Positions 25,070 to 37,190 of a stretch of DNA of 64,000 bases are shown here, piece by piece. The notes below the pieces were generated by a model. The model had not been told where the DNA came from, did not search any database, and saw nothing but the letters and a program-made list of their open reading frames with translations. Every line of letters begins with the position of its first letter. Positions within the stretch are counted from its first letter, which is position 1. The stretch lies in NCBI RefSeq assembly GCF_009914755.1, contig NC_060925.1; one strand, given 5' to 3'. Source of the stretch: the human T2T-CHM13v2.0 reference genome, Homo sapiens. The position numbers and the translations under genes were made by a program.

Positions 25070-28000
25070 GTGGAGATTTCAGCCGCTTTGAGGTCAATGG
25101 TAGAAAAGGAAACTATCTTCGTATAAAGACTAGACAGAATGATTCTCAGAAAATCCTTTGTGATGTGTGCGTTCAACTCACAGAGTTTAACTTTTCTTTT
25201 CATAGAGCAGTTAGGAAACACTCTGTTTGTAAAGTCTGCAAGTGGATATTCAGACCTCTTTGAGGCCTTCGTTGGAAACGGGATTTCTTCATATTATTCT
25301 AGACTGAATAATTCTCAGTAACTTCCTTGTGTTGTGTGTATTCAACTCACAGAGTTGAACGATCCTTTATAGAGAGCAGACTTGAAACACTCTTTTTGTG
25401 GAATTTGCAATTGGAGATTTCAGCCTCTTTGAGGTCAATGGTAGAATAGGAAATATCTTCCTATAGAAACTAGACAGAATGATTCTCAGAATCTGCTTTG
25501 TGATGTGTGCGTTCAACTCACAGAGTTTAACCTTTCTTTTCATAGAGCAGTTAGGAAACACTCTGTTTGTAAAGTCTGCAAGTGGATATTCAGACCTCTT
25601 TGAGGCCTTCGTTGGAAACGGGATTTCTTCATATTCTGCTAGACAGAAGAATTCTCAGTAACTTCCTTGTGTTGTGTGTATTCAACTCACAAGGTTGAAC
25701 GATCCTTTACACAGAGCAGACTTGAAACACTCTTTTTGTGGAATTTGCAAGTGGAGATTTCAGCTGCTTTGAGGTCAATAGTAGAAAAGGAAATATCTTC
25801 GTAGAAAAACTACACAGAATGATTCTCAGAAACTCCTTTGTGATGTGTGTGTTCAACTCACAGAGTTTAACCTTTCTTTTCATAGAGCAGTTAGTAAACA
25901 CTCTGTTTATAAGTCTGCAAGTGGATATTCAGACCCCTTTGAGGCCTTCGTTGGAAACGGGATTTCTTCATATTCTGCTAGACAGAAGAATTCTCAGTAA
26001 CTTCCTTGTGTTGTGTGTATTCAACTGACAGAGTTGAACTTTCATTTAGAGAGAGCAGATTTGAAACACTGTTTTTGTGGAATTTGCAATTGGAGATTTC
26101 AAGCGCTTTGGGGCCAAAGGCAGAAAAGGAAATATCTTCGTATAAAAACTAGACAGAATCATTCTCAGAAACTGCTGCGTGATGTGTGCGTTCAACTCTC
26201 AGAGTTTAACTTTTCTTTTCATTCAGCGGTTTGGAAACACTCTGTTTGTAAAGTCTGCACGAGGATATTTTGACCCCTTAGAGGCCTTCGTTGGAAACGG
26301 GTTTTTTTCATGTAAGGCTAGACAGAAGAATTCCCAGTAACTTCCTTGTGTTGTGTGCATTCAACTCACAGAGTTGAACGTTCCCTTAGACAGAGCAGAT
26401 TTGAAACACTCTATTTGTGCAATTTGCAAGTGTAGATTTCAAGCGCTTTAAGGTCAATGGCAGAAAAGGAAATATCTTCGTTTCAAAACTAGACAGAATC
26501 ATTCCCACAAACTGCGTTGTGATGTGTTCGTTCAAATCACAGAGTTTAACCTTTCTGTTCATAGAGCAGTTAGGAAACACTCTGTTTGTAAAGTCTGTAA
26601 GTGGATATTCTGACATCTTGTGGCCTTCGTTGGAAACGGGATTTCTTCATATTCTGCTAGACAGAAGAATTCTCAGTAACTTCCTTGTGTTGTGTGTATT
26701 CAACTCACAGAGTTGAACGATCCTTTACACAGAGCAGACTTGAAACACTCTTTTTGTGGAATTTGCAAGTGGAGATTTCAGCCGCTTTGAGGTCAATGGT
26801 AGAATAGGAAATATCTTCCTATAGAAAATAGACAGAATGATTCTCAGAAACTCATTTGTGATGTGTGCGTTCAACTCACAGAAGTTAACCTTTCTTTTCA
26901 TAGAGCAGTTAGGAAACACTCTGTTTGTAAAGTCTGCAAGTGGATATTCAGACCCCTTTGAAGCCTTCGTTGGAAACGGGATTTCTTCATATTCTGCTAG
27001 ACAGAAGAATTCTCAGTAACTTCCTTGTGTTGTGTGTATTCAACTCACAGAGTTGAACGATCCTGTACACAGAGCAGTCTTGAAACACTCTTTTTGTGGA
27101 ATTTGCAAGTGGAGATTTCAGCCGCTTTGAGGTCAATAGTAGAAAAGGAAATATCTTCGTAGAAAAACTACACAGAATGATTCTCAGAAACTCCTTTGTG
27201 ATGTGTGTGTTCAACTCACAGAGTTTAACCTTTCTTTTCATAGAGCAGTTAGTAAACACTCTGTTTATAAAGTCTGCAAGTGGATAATCAGACCCCTTTG
27301 AGGCCTTCGTTGGAAACGGGATTTCTTCATATTATGCTAGACAGAAGAATTCTCAGTAACTTCCTTGTGTTGTGTGTATTCAACTGACAGAGTTGAACTT
27401 TCATTTAGAGAGAGCAGATTTGAAACACTGTTTTTGTGGAATTTGCAAGTGGAGATTTCAAGCGCTTTGGGGCCAAAGGCAGAAAAGGAAATATCTTCGT
27501 ATAAAAACTAGACAGAATCATTCTCAGAATCTGCTGCGTGATGTGTGCGTTCAACTCTCAGAGTTTAACTTTTCTTTTCATTCAGCGGTTTGGAAACACT
27601 CTGTTTGTAAAGTCTGCACGTGGATATTTTGACCACTTAGAGGCCTTCGTTGGAAACGGGTTTTTTTCATGTAAGGCTAGACAGAAGAATTCCCAGTAAC
27701 TTCCTTGTGTTGTGTGCATTCAACTCACAGTGTTGAACGTTCCCTTAGACAGAGCAGATTTGAAACACTCTATTTGTGAATTTGCAAGTGTAGATTTCAA
27801 GCGCTTTAAGGTCAATGGCAGAAAAGGAAATATCTTCGTTTCAAAACTAGACAGAATCATTCCCACAAACTGCGTTGTGATGTGTTCGTTCAACTCACAG
27901 AGTTTAACCTTTCTGTTCATAGAGCAGTTAGGAAACACTCTGTTTGTAAAGTCTGTAAGTGGATATTCTGACATCTTGTGGCCTTCGTTGGAAACGGGAT

Positions 28001-31000
28001 TTCTTCATATTCTGCTAGACAGAAGAATTCTCAGTAACTTCCTTGTGTTGTGTGTATTCAACTCACAGAGTTGAACGATCCTTTACACAGAGCAGACTTG
28101 AAACACTCTTTTTGTGGAATTTGCAAGTGGAGATTTCAGCCGCTTTGAGGTCAATGGTAGAAAAGGAAATATCTCAGTATAAAGACTAGACAGAATGATT
28201 CTCAGAAACTCCTTTGTGATGTGTGCGTGCAACTCACAGAGTTTAACTTTTCTTTTCATAGAGCAGTTAGGAAACACTCTGTTTGTAAAGTCTGCAAGTG
28301 GATATTCAGACCTCTTTGAGGCCTTCGTTGGAAACGGGATTTCTTCATATTATGCTAGACAGAATAATTCTCAGTAACTTCCTTGTGTTGTGTGTATTCA
28401 ACTCAGAGAGTTGAACGATCCTTTACAGAGAGCTGACTTGAAACACTCTTTTTGTGGAATTTGCAAGTGGTGATCTCAGCCGCTTTGAGGTCAATGGTAG
28501 AATAGGAAATATCTTCCTATAGAAAGTAGACAGAATGATTCTCATAAACTCCTTTGTGATGTGTGCGTTCAACTCACAGAGTTTAACCTTTCTTTTCATA
28601 GAGCAGTTAGGAAACACTCTGTTTGTAAAGTCTGCAAGTGGATATTCAGACCTCCTTGAGGCCTTCGTTGGAAACGGGATTTCCTCATATTCTGCTAGAC
28701 AGAAGAATTCTCAGTAACTTCCTTGTGTTGTGTGTTTTCAACTCACAGAGTTGAACGATCCTTTACACAGAGCAGACTTGAAACACTCTTTTTTTGGAAT
28801 TTGAAAGTGGAGATTTCAGCCGCTTTGAGGTCAATGGTAGAAAAGGAAACTATCTTCGTATAAAGACTAGACAGAATGATTCTCAGAAAATCCTTTGTGA
28901 TGTGTGCGTTCAACTCACAGAGTTTAACTTTTCTTTTCATAGAGCAGTTAGGAAACACTCTGTTTGTAAAGTCTGCAAGTGGATATTCAGACCTCTTTGA
29001 GGCCTTCGTTGGAAACGGGATTTCTTCATATTATTCTAGACTGAATAATTCTCAGTAACTTCCTTGTGTTGTGTGTATTCAACTCACAGAGTTGAACGAT
29101 CCTTTATAGAGAGCAGACTTGAAACACTCTTTTTGTGGAATTTGCAATTGGAGATTTCAGCCTCTTTGAGGTCAATGGTAGAATAGGAAATATCTTCCTA
29201 TAGAAACTAGACAGAATGATTCTCAGAATCTGCTTTGTGATGTGTGCGTTCAACTCACAGAGTTTAACCTTTCTTTTCATAGAGCAGTTAGGAAACACTC
29301 TGTTTGTAAAGTCTGCAAGTGGATATTCAGACCTCTTTGAGGCCTTCGTTGGAAACGGGATTTCTTCATATTCTGCTAGACAGAAGAATTCTCAGTAACT
29401 TCCTTGTGTTGTGTGTATTCAACTCACAAGGTTGAACGATCCTTTACACAGAGCAGACTTGAAACACTCTTTTTGTGGAATTTGCAAGTGGAGATTTCAG
29501 CTGCTTTGAGGTCAATAGTAGAAAAGGAAATATCTTCGTAGAAAAACTACACAGAATGATTCTCAGAAACTCCTTTGTGATGTGTGTGTTCAACTCACAG
29601 AGTTTAACCTTTCTTTTCATAGAGCAGTTAGTAAACACTCTGTTTATAAAGTCTGCAAGTGGATATTCAGACCCCTTTGAGGCCTTCGTTGGAAACGGGA
29701 TTTCTTCATATTCTGCTAGACAGAAGAATTCTCAGTAACTTCCTTGTGTTGTGTGTATTCAACTGACAGAGTTGAACTTTCATTTAGAGAGAGCAGATTT
29801 GAAACACTGTTTTTGTGGAATTTGCAATTGGAGATTTCAAGCGCTTTGGGGCCAAAGGCAGAAAAGGAAATATCTTCGTATAAAAACTAGACAGAATCAT
29901 TCTCAGAAACTGCTGCGTGATGTGTGCGTTCAACTCTCAGAGTTTAACTTTTCTTTTCATTCAGCGGTTTGGAAACACTCTGTTTGTAAAGTCTGCACGA
30001 GGATATTTTGACCCCTTAGAGGCCTTCGTTGGAAACGGGTTTTTTTCATGTAAGGCTAGACAGAAGAATTCCCAGTAACTTCCTTGTGTTGTGTGCATTC
30101 AACTCACAGAGTTGAACGTTCCCTTAGACAGAGCAGATTTGAAACACTCTATTTGTGCAATTTGCAAGTGTAGATTTCAAGCGCTTTAAGGTCAATGGCA
30201 GAAAAGGAAATATCTTCGTTTCAAAACTAGACAGAATCATTCCCACAAACTGCGTTGTGATGTGTTCGTTCAAATCACAGAGTTTAACCTTTCTGTTCAT
30301 AGAGCAGTTAGGAAACACTCTGTTTGTAAAGTCTGTAAGTGGATATTCTGACATCTTGTGGCCTTCGTTGGAAACGGGATTTCTTCATATTCTGCTAGAC
30401 AGAAGAATTCTCAGTAACTTCCTTGTGTTGTGTGTATTCAACTCACAGAGTTGAACGATCCTTTACACAGAGCAGACTTGAAACACTCTTTTTGTGGAAT
30501 TTGCAAGTGGAGATTTCAGCCGCTTTGAGGTCAATGGTAGAATAGGAAATATCTTCCTATAGAAAATAGACAGAATGATTCTCAGAAACTCATTTGTGAT
30601 GTGTGCGTTCAACTCACAGAAGTTAACCTTTCTTTTCATAGAGCAGTTAGGAAACACTCTGTTTGTAAAGTCTGCAAGTGGATATTCAGACCCCTTTGAA
30701 GCCTTCGTTGGAAACGGGATTTCTTCATATTCTGCTAGACAGAAGAATTCTCAGTAACTTCCTTGTGTTGTGTGTATTCAACTCACAGAGTTGAACGATC
30801 CTGTACACAGAGCAGTCTTGAAACACTCTTTTTGTCGAATTTGCAAGTGGAGATTTCAGCCGCTTTGAGGTCAATAGTAGAAAAGGAAATATCTTCGTAG
30901 AAAAACTACACAGAATGATTCTCAGAAACTCCTTTGTGATGTGTGTGTTCAACTCACAGAGTTTAACCTTTCTTTTCATAGAGCAGTTAGTAAACACTCT

Positions 31001-32678
31001 GTTTATAAAGTCTGCAAGTGGATAATCAGACCCCTTTGAGGCCTTCGTTGGAAACGGGATTTCTTCATATTATGCTAGACAGAAGAATTCTCAGTAACTT
31101 CCTTGTGTTGTGTGTATTCAACTGACAGAGTTGAACTTTCATTTAGAGAGAGCAGATTTGAAACACTGTTTTTGTGGAATTTGCAAGTGGAGATTTCAAG
31201 CGCTTTGGGGCCAAAGGCAGAAAAGGAAATATCTTCGTATAAAAACTAGACAGAATCATTCTCAGAATCTGCTGCGTGATGTGTGCGTTCAACTCTCAGA
31301 GTTTAACTTTTCTTTTCATTCAGCGGTTTGGAAACACTCTGTTTGTAAAGTCTGCACGTGGATATTTTGACCACTTAGAGGCCTTCGTTGGAAACGGGTT
31401 TTTTTCATGTAAGGCTAGACAGAAGAATTCCCAGTAACTTCCTTGTGTTGTGTGCATTCAACTCACAGTGTTGAACGTTCCCTTAGACAGAGCAGATTTG
31501 AAACACTCTATTTGTGAATTTGCAAGTGTAGATTTCAAGCGCTTTAAGGTCAATGGCAGAAAAGGAAATATCTTCGTTTCAAAACTAGACAGAATCATTC
31601 CCACAAACTGCGTTGTGATGTGTTCGTTCAACTCACAGAGTTTAACCTTTCTGTTCATAGAGCAGTTAGGAAACACTCTGTTTGTAAAGTCTGTAAGTGG
31701 ATATTCTGACATCTTGTGGCCTTCGTTGGAAACGGGATTTCTTCATATTCTGCTAGACAGAAGAATTCTCAGTAACTTCCTTGTGTTGTGTGTATTCAAC
31801 TCACAGAGTTGAACGATCCTTTACACAGAGCAGACTTGAAACACTCTTTTTGTGGAATTTGCAAGTGGAGATTTCAGCCGCTTTGAGGTCAATGGTAGAA
31901 AAGGAAATATCTCAGTATAAAGACTAGACAGAATGATTCTCAGAAACTCCTTTGTGATGTGTGCGTGCAACTCACAGAGTTTAACTTTTCTTTTCATAGA
32001 GCAGTTAGGAAACACTCTGTTTGTAAAGTCTGCAAGTGGATATTCAGACCTCTTTGAGGCCTTCGTTGGAAACGGGATTTCTTCATATTATGCTAGACAG
32101 AATAATTCTCAGTAACTTCCTTGTGTTGTGTGTATTCAACTCAGAGAGTTGAACGATCCTTTACAGAGAGCTGACTTGAAACACTCTTTTTGTGGAATTT
32201 GCAAGTGGTGATCTCAGCCGCTTTGAGGTCAATGGTAGAATAGGAAATATCTTCCTATAGAAAGTAGACAGAATGATTCTCATAAACTCCTTTGTGATGT
32301 GTGCGTTCAACTCACAGAGTTTAACCTTTCTTTTCATAGAGCAGTTAGGAAACACTCTGTTTGTAAAGTCTGCAAGTGGATATTCAGACCTCCTTGAGGC
32401 CTTCGTTGGAAACGGGATTTCTTCATATTCTGCTAGACAGAAGAATTCTCAGTAACTTCCTTGTGTTGTGTGTTTTCAACTCACAGAGTTGAACGATCCT
32501 TTACACAGAGCAGACTTGAAACACTCTTTTTTTGGAATTTGAAAGTGGAGATTTCAGCCGCTTTGAGGTCAATGGTAGAAAAGGAAACTATCTTCGTATA
32601 AAGACTAGACAGAATGATTCTCAGAAAATCCTTTGTGATGTGTGCGTTCAACTCACAGAGTTTAACTTTTCTTTTCAT
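25070..32678 (+). repeat. Tandem duplication with a 3,737/3,738-bp period (11 dimers / 22-mer), two copies
   Basis: ORF offsets are 25367/29104, 26386/30124, 27712/31450, 28423/32161 and 28743/32481. Shared rare variants include ctagactgaataa, acaaggttg, ttcaaatcac, ctgtacac and atctcagtat. Boundaries are approximate. Confidence 0.92.
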
Positions 32679-33800
32679 AACGCAGTTAGGAAACACTCTG
32701 TTTGTAAAGTCTGCAAGTGGATATTCAGACCTCTTTGAGGCCTTCTTTGGAAACGGGTTTTCTTCATATTCTGCTAGACAGAAGAATTCTCAGTAACTTC
32801 CTTGTGTTGTGTGCATTCCACTCACAGAGTTGAACGATCCTTTAGAGGGAGCAGACTTGAAACACTCTTTGTGGAATTTGCAAGTGGACATTTCAGCCGC
32901 TTTGAGGTCAATGGTAGAATAGGAAATATCTTCCTATAGAAACTAGACAGAATGATTCTCAGAATCTCCTTTGTGATGTGTGCGTTCAACTCTCAGAGTT
33001 TAACTTTTCTTTTCATTCAGCGGTTTGGAAACACTCTGTTTGTTAAGTCTGCACGTGGATATTTTGACCACTTAGAGGCCTTCGTTGGAAACGGGTATTT
33101 TTCAGGTAAGGCTAAACAGAAGAATTCCCAGTAACTTCCTTGTGTTGTGTGCATTCAACTCACAGAGTTGAACGTTCCCTTAGACAGAGCAGATTTGAAA
33201 CACTCTATTTGTGCAATTGGCAAGTGTAGATTTCAAGCGCTTTAAGGTCAATGGCAGAAAAGGAAATATCTTCGTTTCAAAACTAGACAGAATCATTCCC
33301 ACAAACTGCGTTGTGATGTGTTCGTTCAACTCACAGAGTTTAACCTTTCTGTTCATAGAGCAGTTAGGAAACACTCTGTTTGTAAAGTCTGTAAGTGGAT
33401 ATTCGGACATCTTGTGGCCTTCGTTGGAAACGGGATTTCTTCATATTCTGCTAGACAGAAGAATTCTCAGTAACTTCCTTGTGTTGTGTGTATTCAACTC
33501 ACAGAGTTGAACGATCCTTTACACAGAGCAGACTTGAAACACTCTTTTTGTGGAATTTGCAAGTGGAGATTTCAGCCGCTTTGAGGTCAATGGTAGAAAA
33601 GGAAATATCTTCGTATAAAGACTAGACAGAATGATTCTCAGAAACTCCTTTGTGATGTGTGCGTGCAACTCACAGAGTTTAACTTTTCTTTTCATAGAGC
33701 AGTTAGGAAACACTCTGTTTGTAAAGTCTGCAAGTGGATATTCAGACCTCTTTGAGGCCTTCGTTGGAAACGGGATTTCTGCATATTCTGCGAGACAGAA

Positions 33801-36800
33801 GAATTCTCAGTAACTTCCTTGTGTTGTGTGTATTCAACTCACAGAGTTGAACGATCCTTTACACAGAGCAGACTTGAAACACTCTTTTTGTGGAATTTGC
33901 AAGTGGAGATTTCAGCCGCTTTGAGGTCAATGGTAGAATAGGAAATATCTTCCTATAGAAAATAGACAGAATGATTTTCAGAAACTCCTTTGTGATGTGT
34001 GCGTTCAATTCACAGACTTTAACTTTTCATAGAGCAGTTAGGAAACACTCTGTTTGTAAAGTCTGCAAGTGGATATTCAGACCTCTTTGAGGCCTTCGTT
34101 GGAAACGGGATTTCTTCATATTATGCTAGACAGAATAATTCTCAGTAACTTCCTTGTGTTGTGTGTATTCAACTCACAGATTTGAACGATCCTTTACAGA
34201 GAGCAGACTTGAAACACTCTTTTTGTGGAATTTGCAAGTGGAGATTTCAGCTGCTTTGAGGTCAATGGTAGAAAAGGAAATATCTTCGTAGAAAAACTAG
34301 ACAGAATGATTCTCAGAAACTCCTTTGTGATGTGTGTGTTCAACTCACAGAATTTAACCTTTCTTTTCATAGAGCAGTTAGTAAACACTCTGTTTATAAA
34401 GTCTGCAAGTGGATATTCAGACCCCTTTGAGGCCTTCGTTGGAATCGGGATTTCTTCATATTATGCAAGACAGAAGAATTCTCAGTAACTTCCTTGTGTT
34501 GTGTGTATTCAACTGACAGAGTTGAACTTTCATTTAGAGAGAGCAGATTTGAAACACTGTTTTTGTGGAATTTGCAAGTGGTGACTTCAAGCGCTTTGGG
34601 GCCAAACGCAGAAAAGGAAATATCTTCGTATAAAAACTAGACAGAATCATTCTCAGAAACTGCTGCGTGATGTGTGCGTTCAACTCTCAGAGTTTAACTT
34701 TTCTTTTCATTCAGCGGTTTGGAAACACTCTGTTTGTAAAGTCTGCACGTGGATATTTTGACCACTTAGAGGCCTTCGTTGGAAACGGGTTTTTTTCATG
34801 TAAGGCTAGACAGAAGAATTCCCAGTAACTTCCTTGTGTTGTGTGCATTCAACTCACAGAGTTGAACGTTCCCTTAGACAGAGCAGATTTGAAACACTCT
34901 ATTTGTGCAATTTGCAAGTGTAGATTTGAAGCGCTTTCAGGTCAATGGCAGAAAAGGAAATATCTTCGTTTCAAAACTAGACAGAATCATTCCCACAAAC
35001 TGCGTTGTGATGTGTTCGTTCAACTCACAGCGTTTTACCTTTCTGTTCATAGAGCAGTTAGGAAACACTCTGTTTGTAAAGTCTGTAAGTGGATATTCTG
35101 ACATCTTGTGGCCTTCGTTGGAAATGGGATTTCTTCATATTCTGCTAGACAGAAGAATTCTCAGTAACTTCCTTGTGTTGTGTGTATTCAACTGACAGAG
35201 TTGAACTTTCATTTAGAGAGAGCAGATTTGAAACACTGTTTTTGTGGAATTTGCAAGTGGAGATTTCAGCCGCTTTGAGGTCAATAGTAGAAAAGGAAAT
35301 ATCTTCGTAGAAAAACTAGACAGAATGATTCTCAGAAACTCCTTTGTGATGTGTGTGTTCAACTCACAGAGTTTAACCTTTCTTTTCATAGAGCAGTTAG
35401 TAAACACTCTGTTTATAAAGTCTGCAAGTGGATATTCAGACCCCTTTGAGGCCTTCTTTGGAAACGGGATTTCTTCATATTCTGCTAGACAGAAGAATTC
35501 TCAGTAACTTCCTTGTGTTGTGTGTATTCAACTCACAGAGTTGAACGATCCTTTACACAGAGCAGACTTGAAACACTCTTTTTGTGGAATTTGCAAGTGG
35601 AGATTTCAGACGCTTTGAGGTCAATGGTAGAAAAGGAAATATCTTCGTATAAAGACTAGACAGAATGATTCTCAGAAACTCCTTTGTGATTTGTGCGTTC
35701 AACTCACAGAGTTTAACTTTTCTTTTCATAGATCAGTTAGGAAACACTCTGTTTGTAAAGTCTGCAAGTGGATATTCAGACCTCTTTGAGGCCTTCGTTG
35801 GAAACGGGATTTCTTCATATTATGCTAGACAGAATAATTCTCAGTAACTTCCTTGTGTTGTGTGTATTCAACTCACAGAGTTGAACGATCCTTTAGAGAG
35901 AGCAGACTTGAAACACTCTTTTTGTGGAATTTGCAAGTGGAGATTTCAGCCGCTTTGTGGTCAATGGTAGAAAAGGAAACTATCATCGTATAAAGACTAG
36001 ACAGAATGATTCTCAGAAAATCCTTTGTGATGCGTGCGTTCAACTCACAGAGTTTAACTTTTCTTTTCATAGAGCAGTTAGGAAACACTCTGTAAAGTCT
36101 GCAAGTGGATATTGAGACCCCTTTGAGGCCCTCGTTGGAAACGTGATTTCTTCATATTCTGCTAGACAGAAGAATTCTCAGTAACTTCCTTGTGTTGTGT
36201 GTATTCAAGTCACAGAGTTGAACGATCTTTTACACAGAGCAGACTTGAAACACTCTTTTTGTGGAATTTGCAAGTGGAGATTTCAGCCGCTTTGAGGTCA
36301 ATAGTAGAAAAGGAAATATCTTCGTAGAAAAACTAGACAGAATGATTCTCAGAAACTCCTTTGTGATGTGTGTGTTCAACTCACAGAGTTTAACCTTTCT
36401 TTTCATAGAGCAGTTCGTAAACACTCTGTTTATAAAGTCTGCAAGTGGATATTCAGACCCCTTTGAGGCCTTCTTTGGAAACGGGATTTCTTCATATTAT
36501 GCTAGACAGAAGAATTCTCAGTAACTTCCTTGTGTTGTGTGTATTCAACTGACAGAGTTGAACTTTCATTTAGAGAGAGCAGATTTGAAACACTGTTTTT
36601 GTGGAATTTGCAAGTGGAGATTTCAAGCGCTTTGGGGCCAAAGGCAGAAAAGGAAATATCTTCGTATAAAAACTAGACAGAATCATTCTCAGAAACTGCT
36701 GCGTGATGTGTGCGTTCAACTCTCAGAGTTTAACTTTTCTTTACATTCAGCGGTTTGGAAACACTCTGTTTGTAAAGTCTGCACGTGGATATTTTGACCA

Positions 36801-37190
36801 CTTAGAGGCCTTCGTTGGAAACGGGATTTTTTCATGTAAGGCTAGACAGAAGAATTCCCAGTAACTTCCTTGTGTTGTGTGTATTCAACTCACAGAGTTG
36901 AACGTTCCCTTAGACAGAGCAGATTTGAAACACTCTATTTGTGCAATTTGCAAGTGTAGATTTCAAGCGCTTTAAGTTCAATGGCAGAAAAGGAAATATC
37001 TTCGTTTCAAAACTAGACAGAATCATTCCCACAAACTGCGTTGTGATGTGTTCGTTCAACTCACAGAGTTTAACCTTTCTGTTCATAGAGCAGTTAGGAA
37101 ACACTCTGTTTGTAAAGTCTGTAAGTGGATATTCTGACATCTTGTGGCCTTCGTTGGAAAAGGGATTTCTTCATATTCTGCTAGACAGAA
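33801..37190 (+). repeat. Variant HOR unit U1, 3,390 bp (20-mer)
   Basis: Marker spacing 34021 to 37411 and ORFs 34194 to 37584. Confidence 0.9.

Larger units (their letters stand above)
11926..25070 (+). repeat. Irregular mosaic zone of A/B/C dimers and hybrid dimers with no fixed HOR period
   Basis: The number of A dimers between B-C cassettes varies. Only short partial repeats are seen, at offsets 1700, 2719, 1699 and 1774 bp. Confidence 0.8.
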
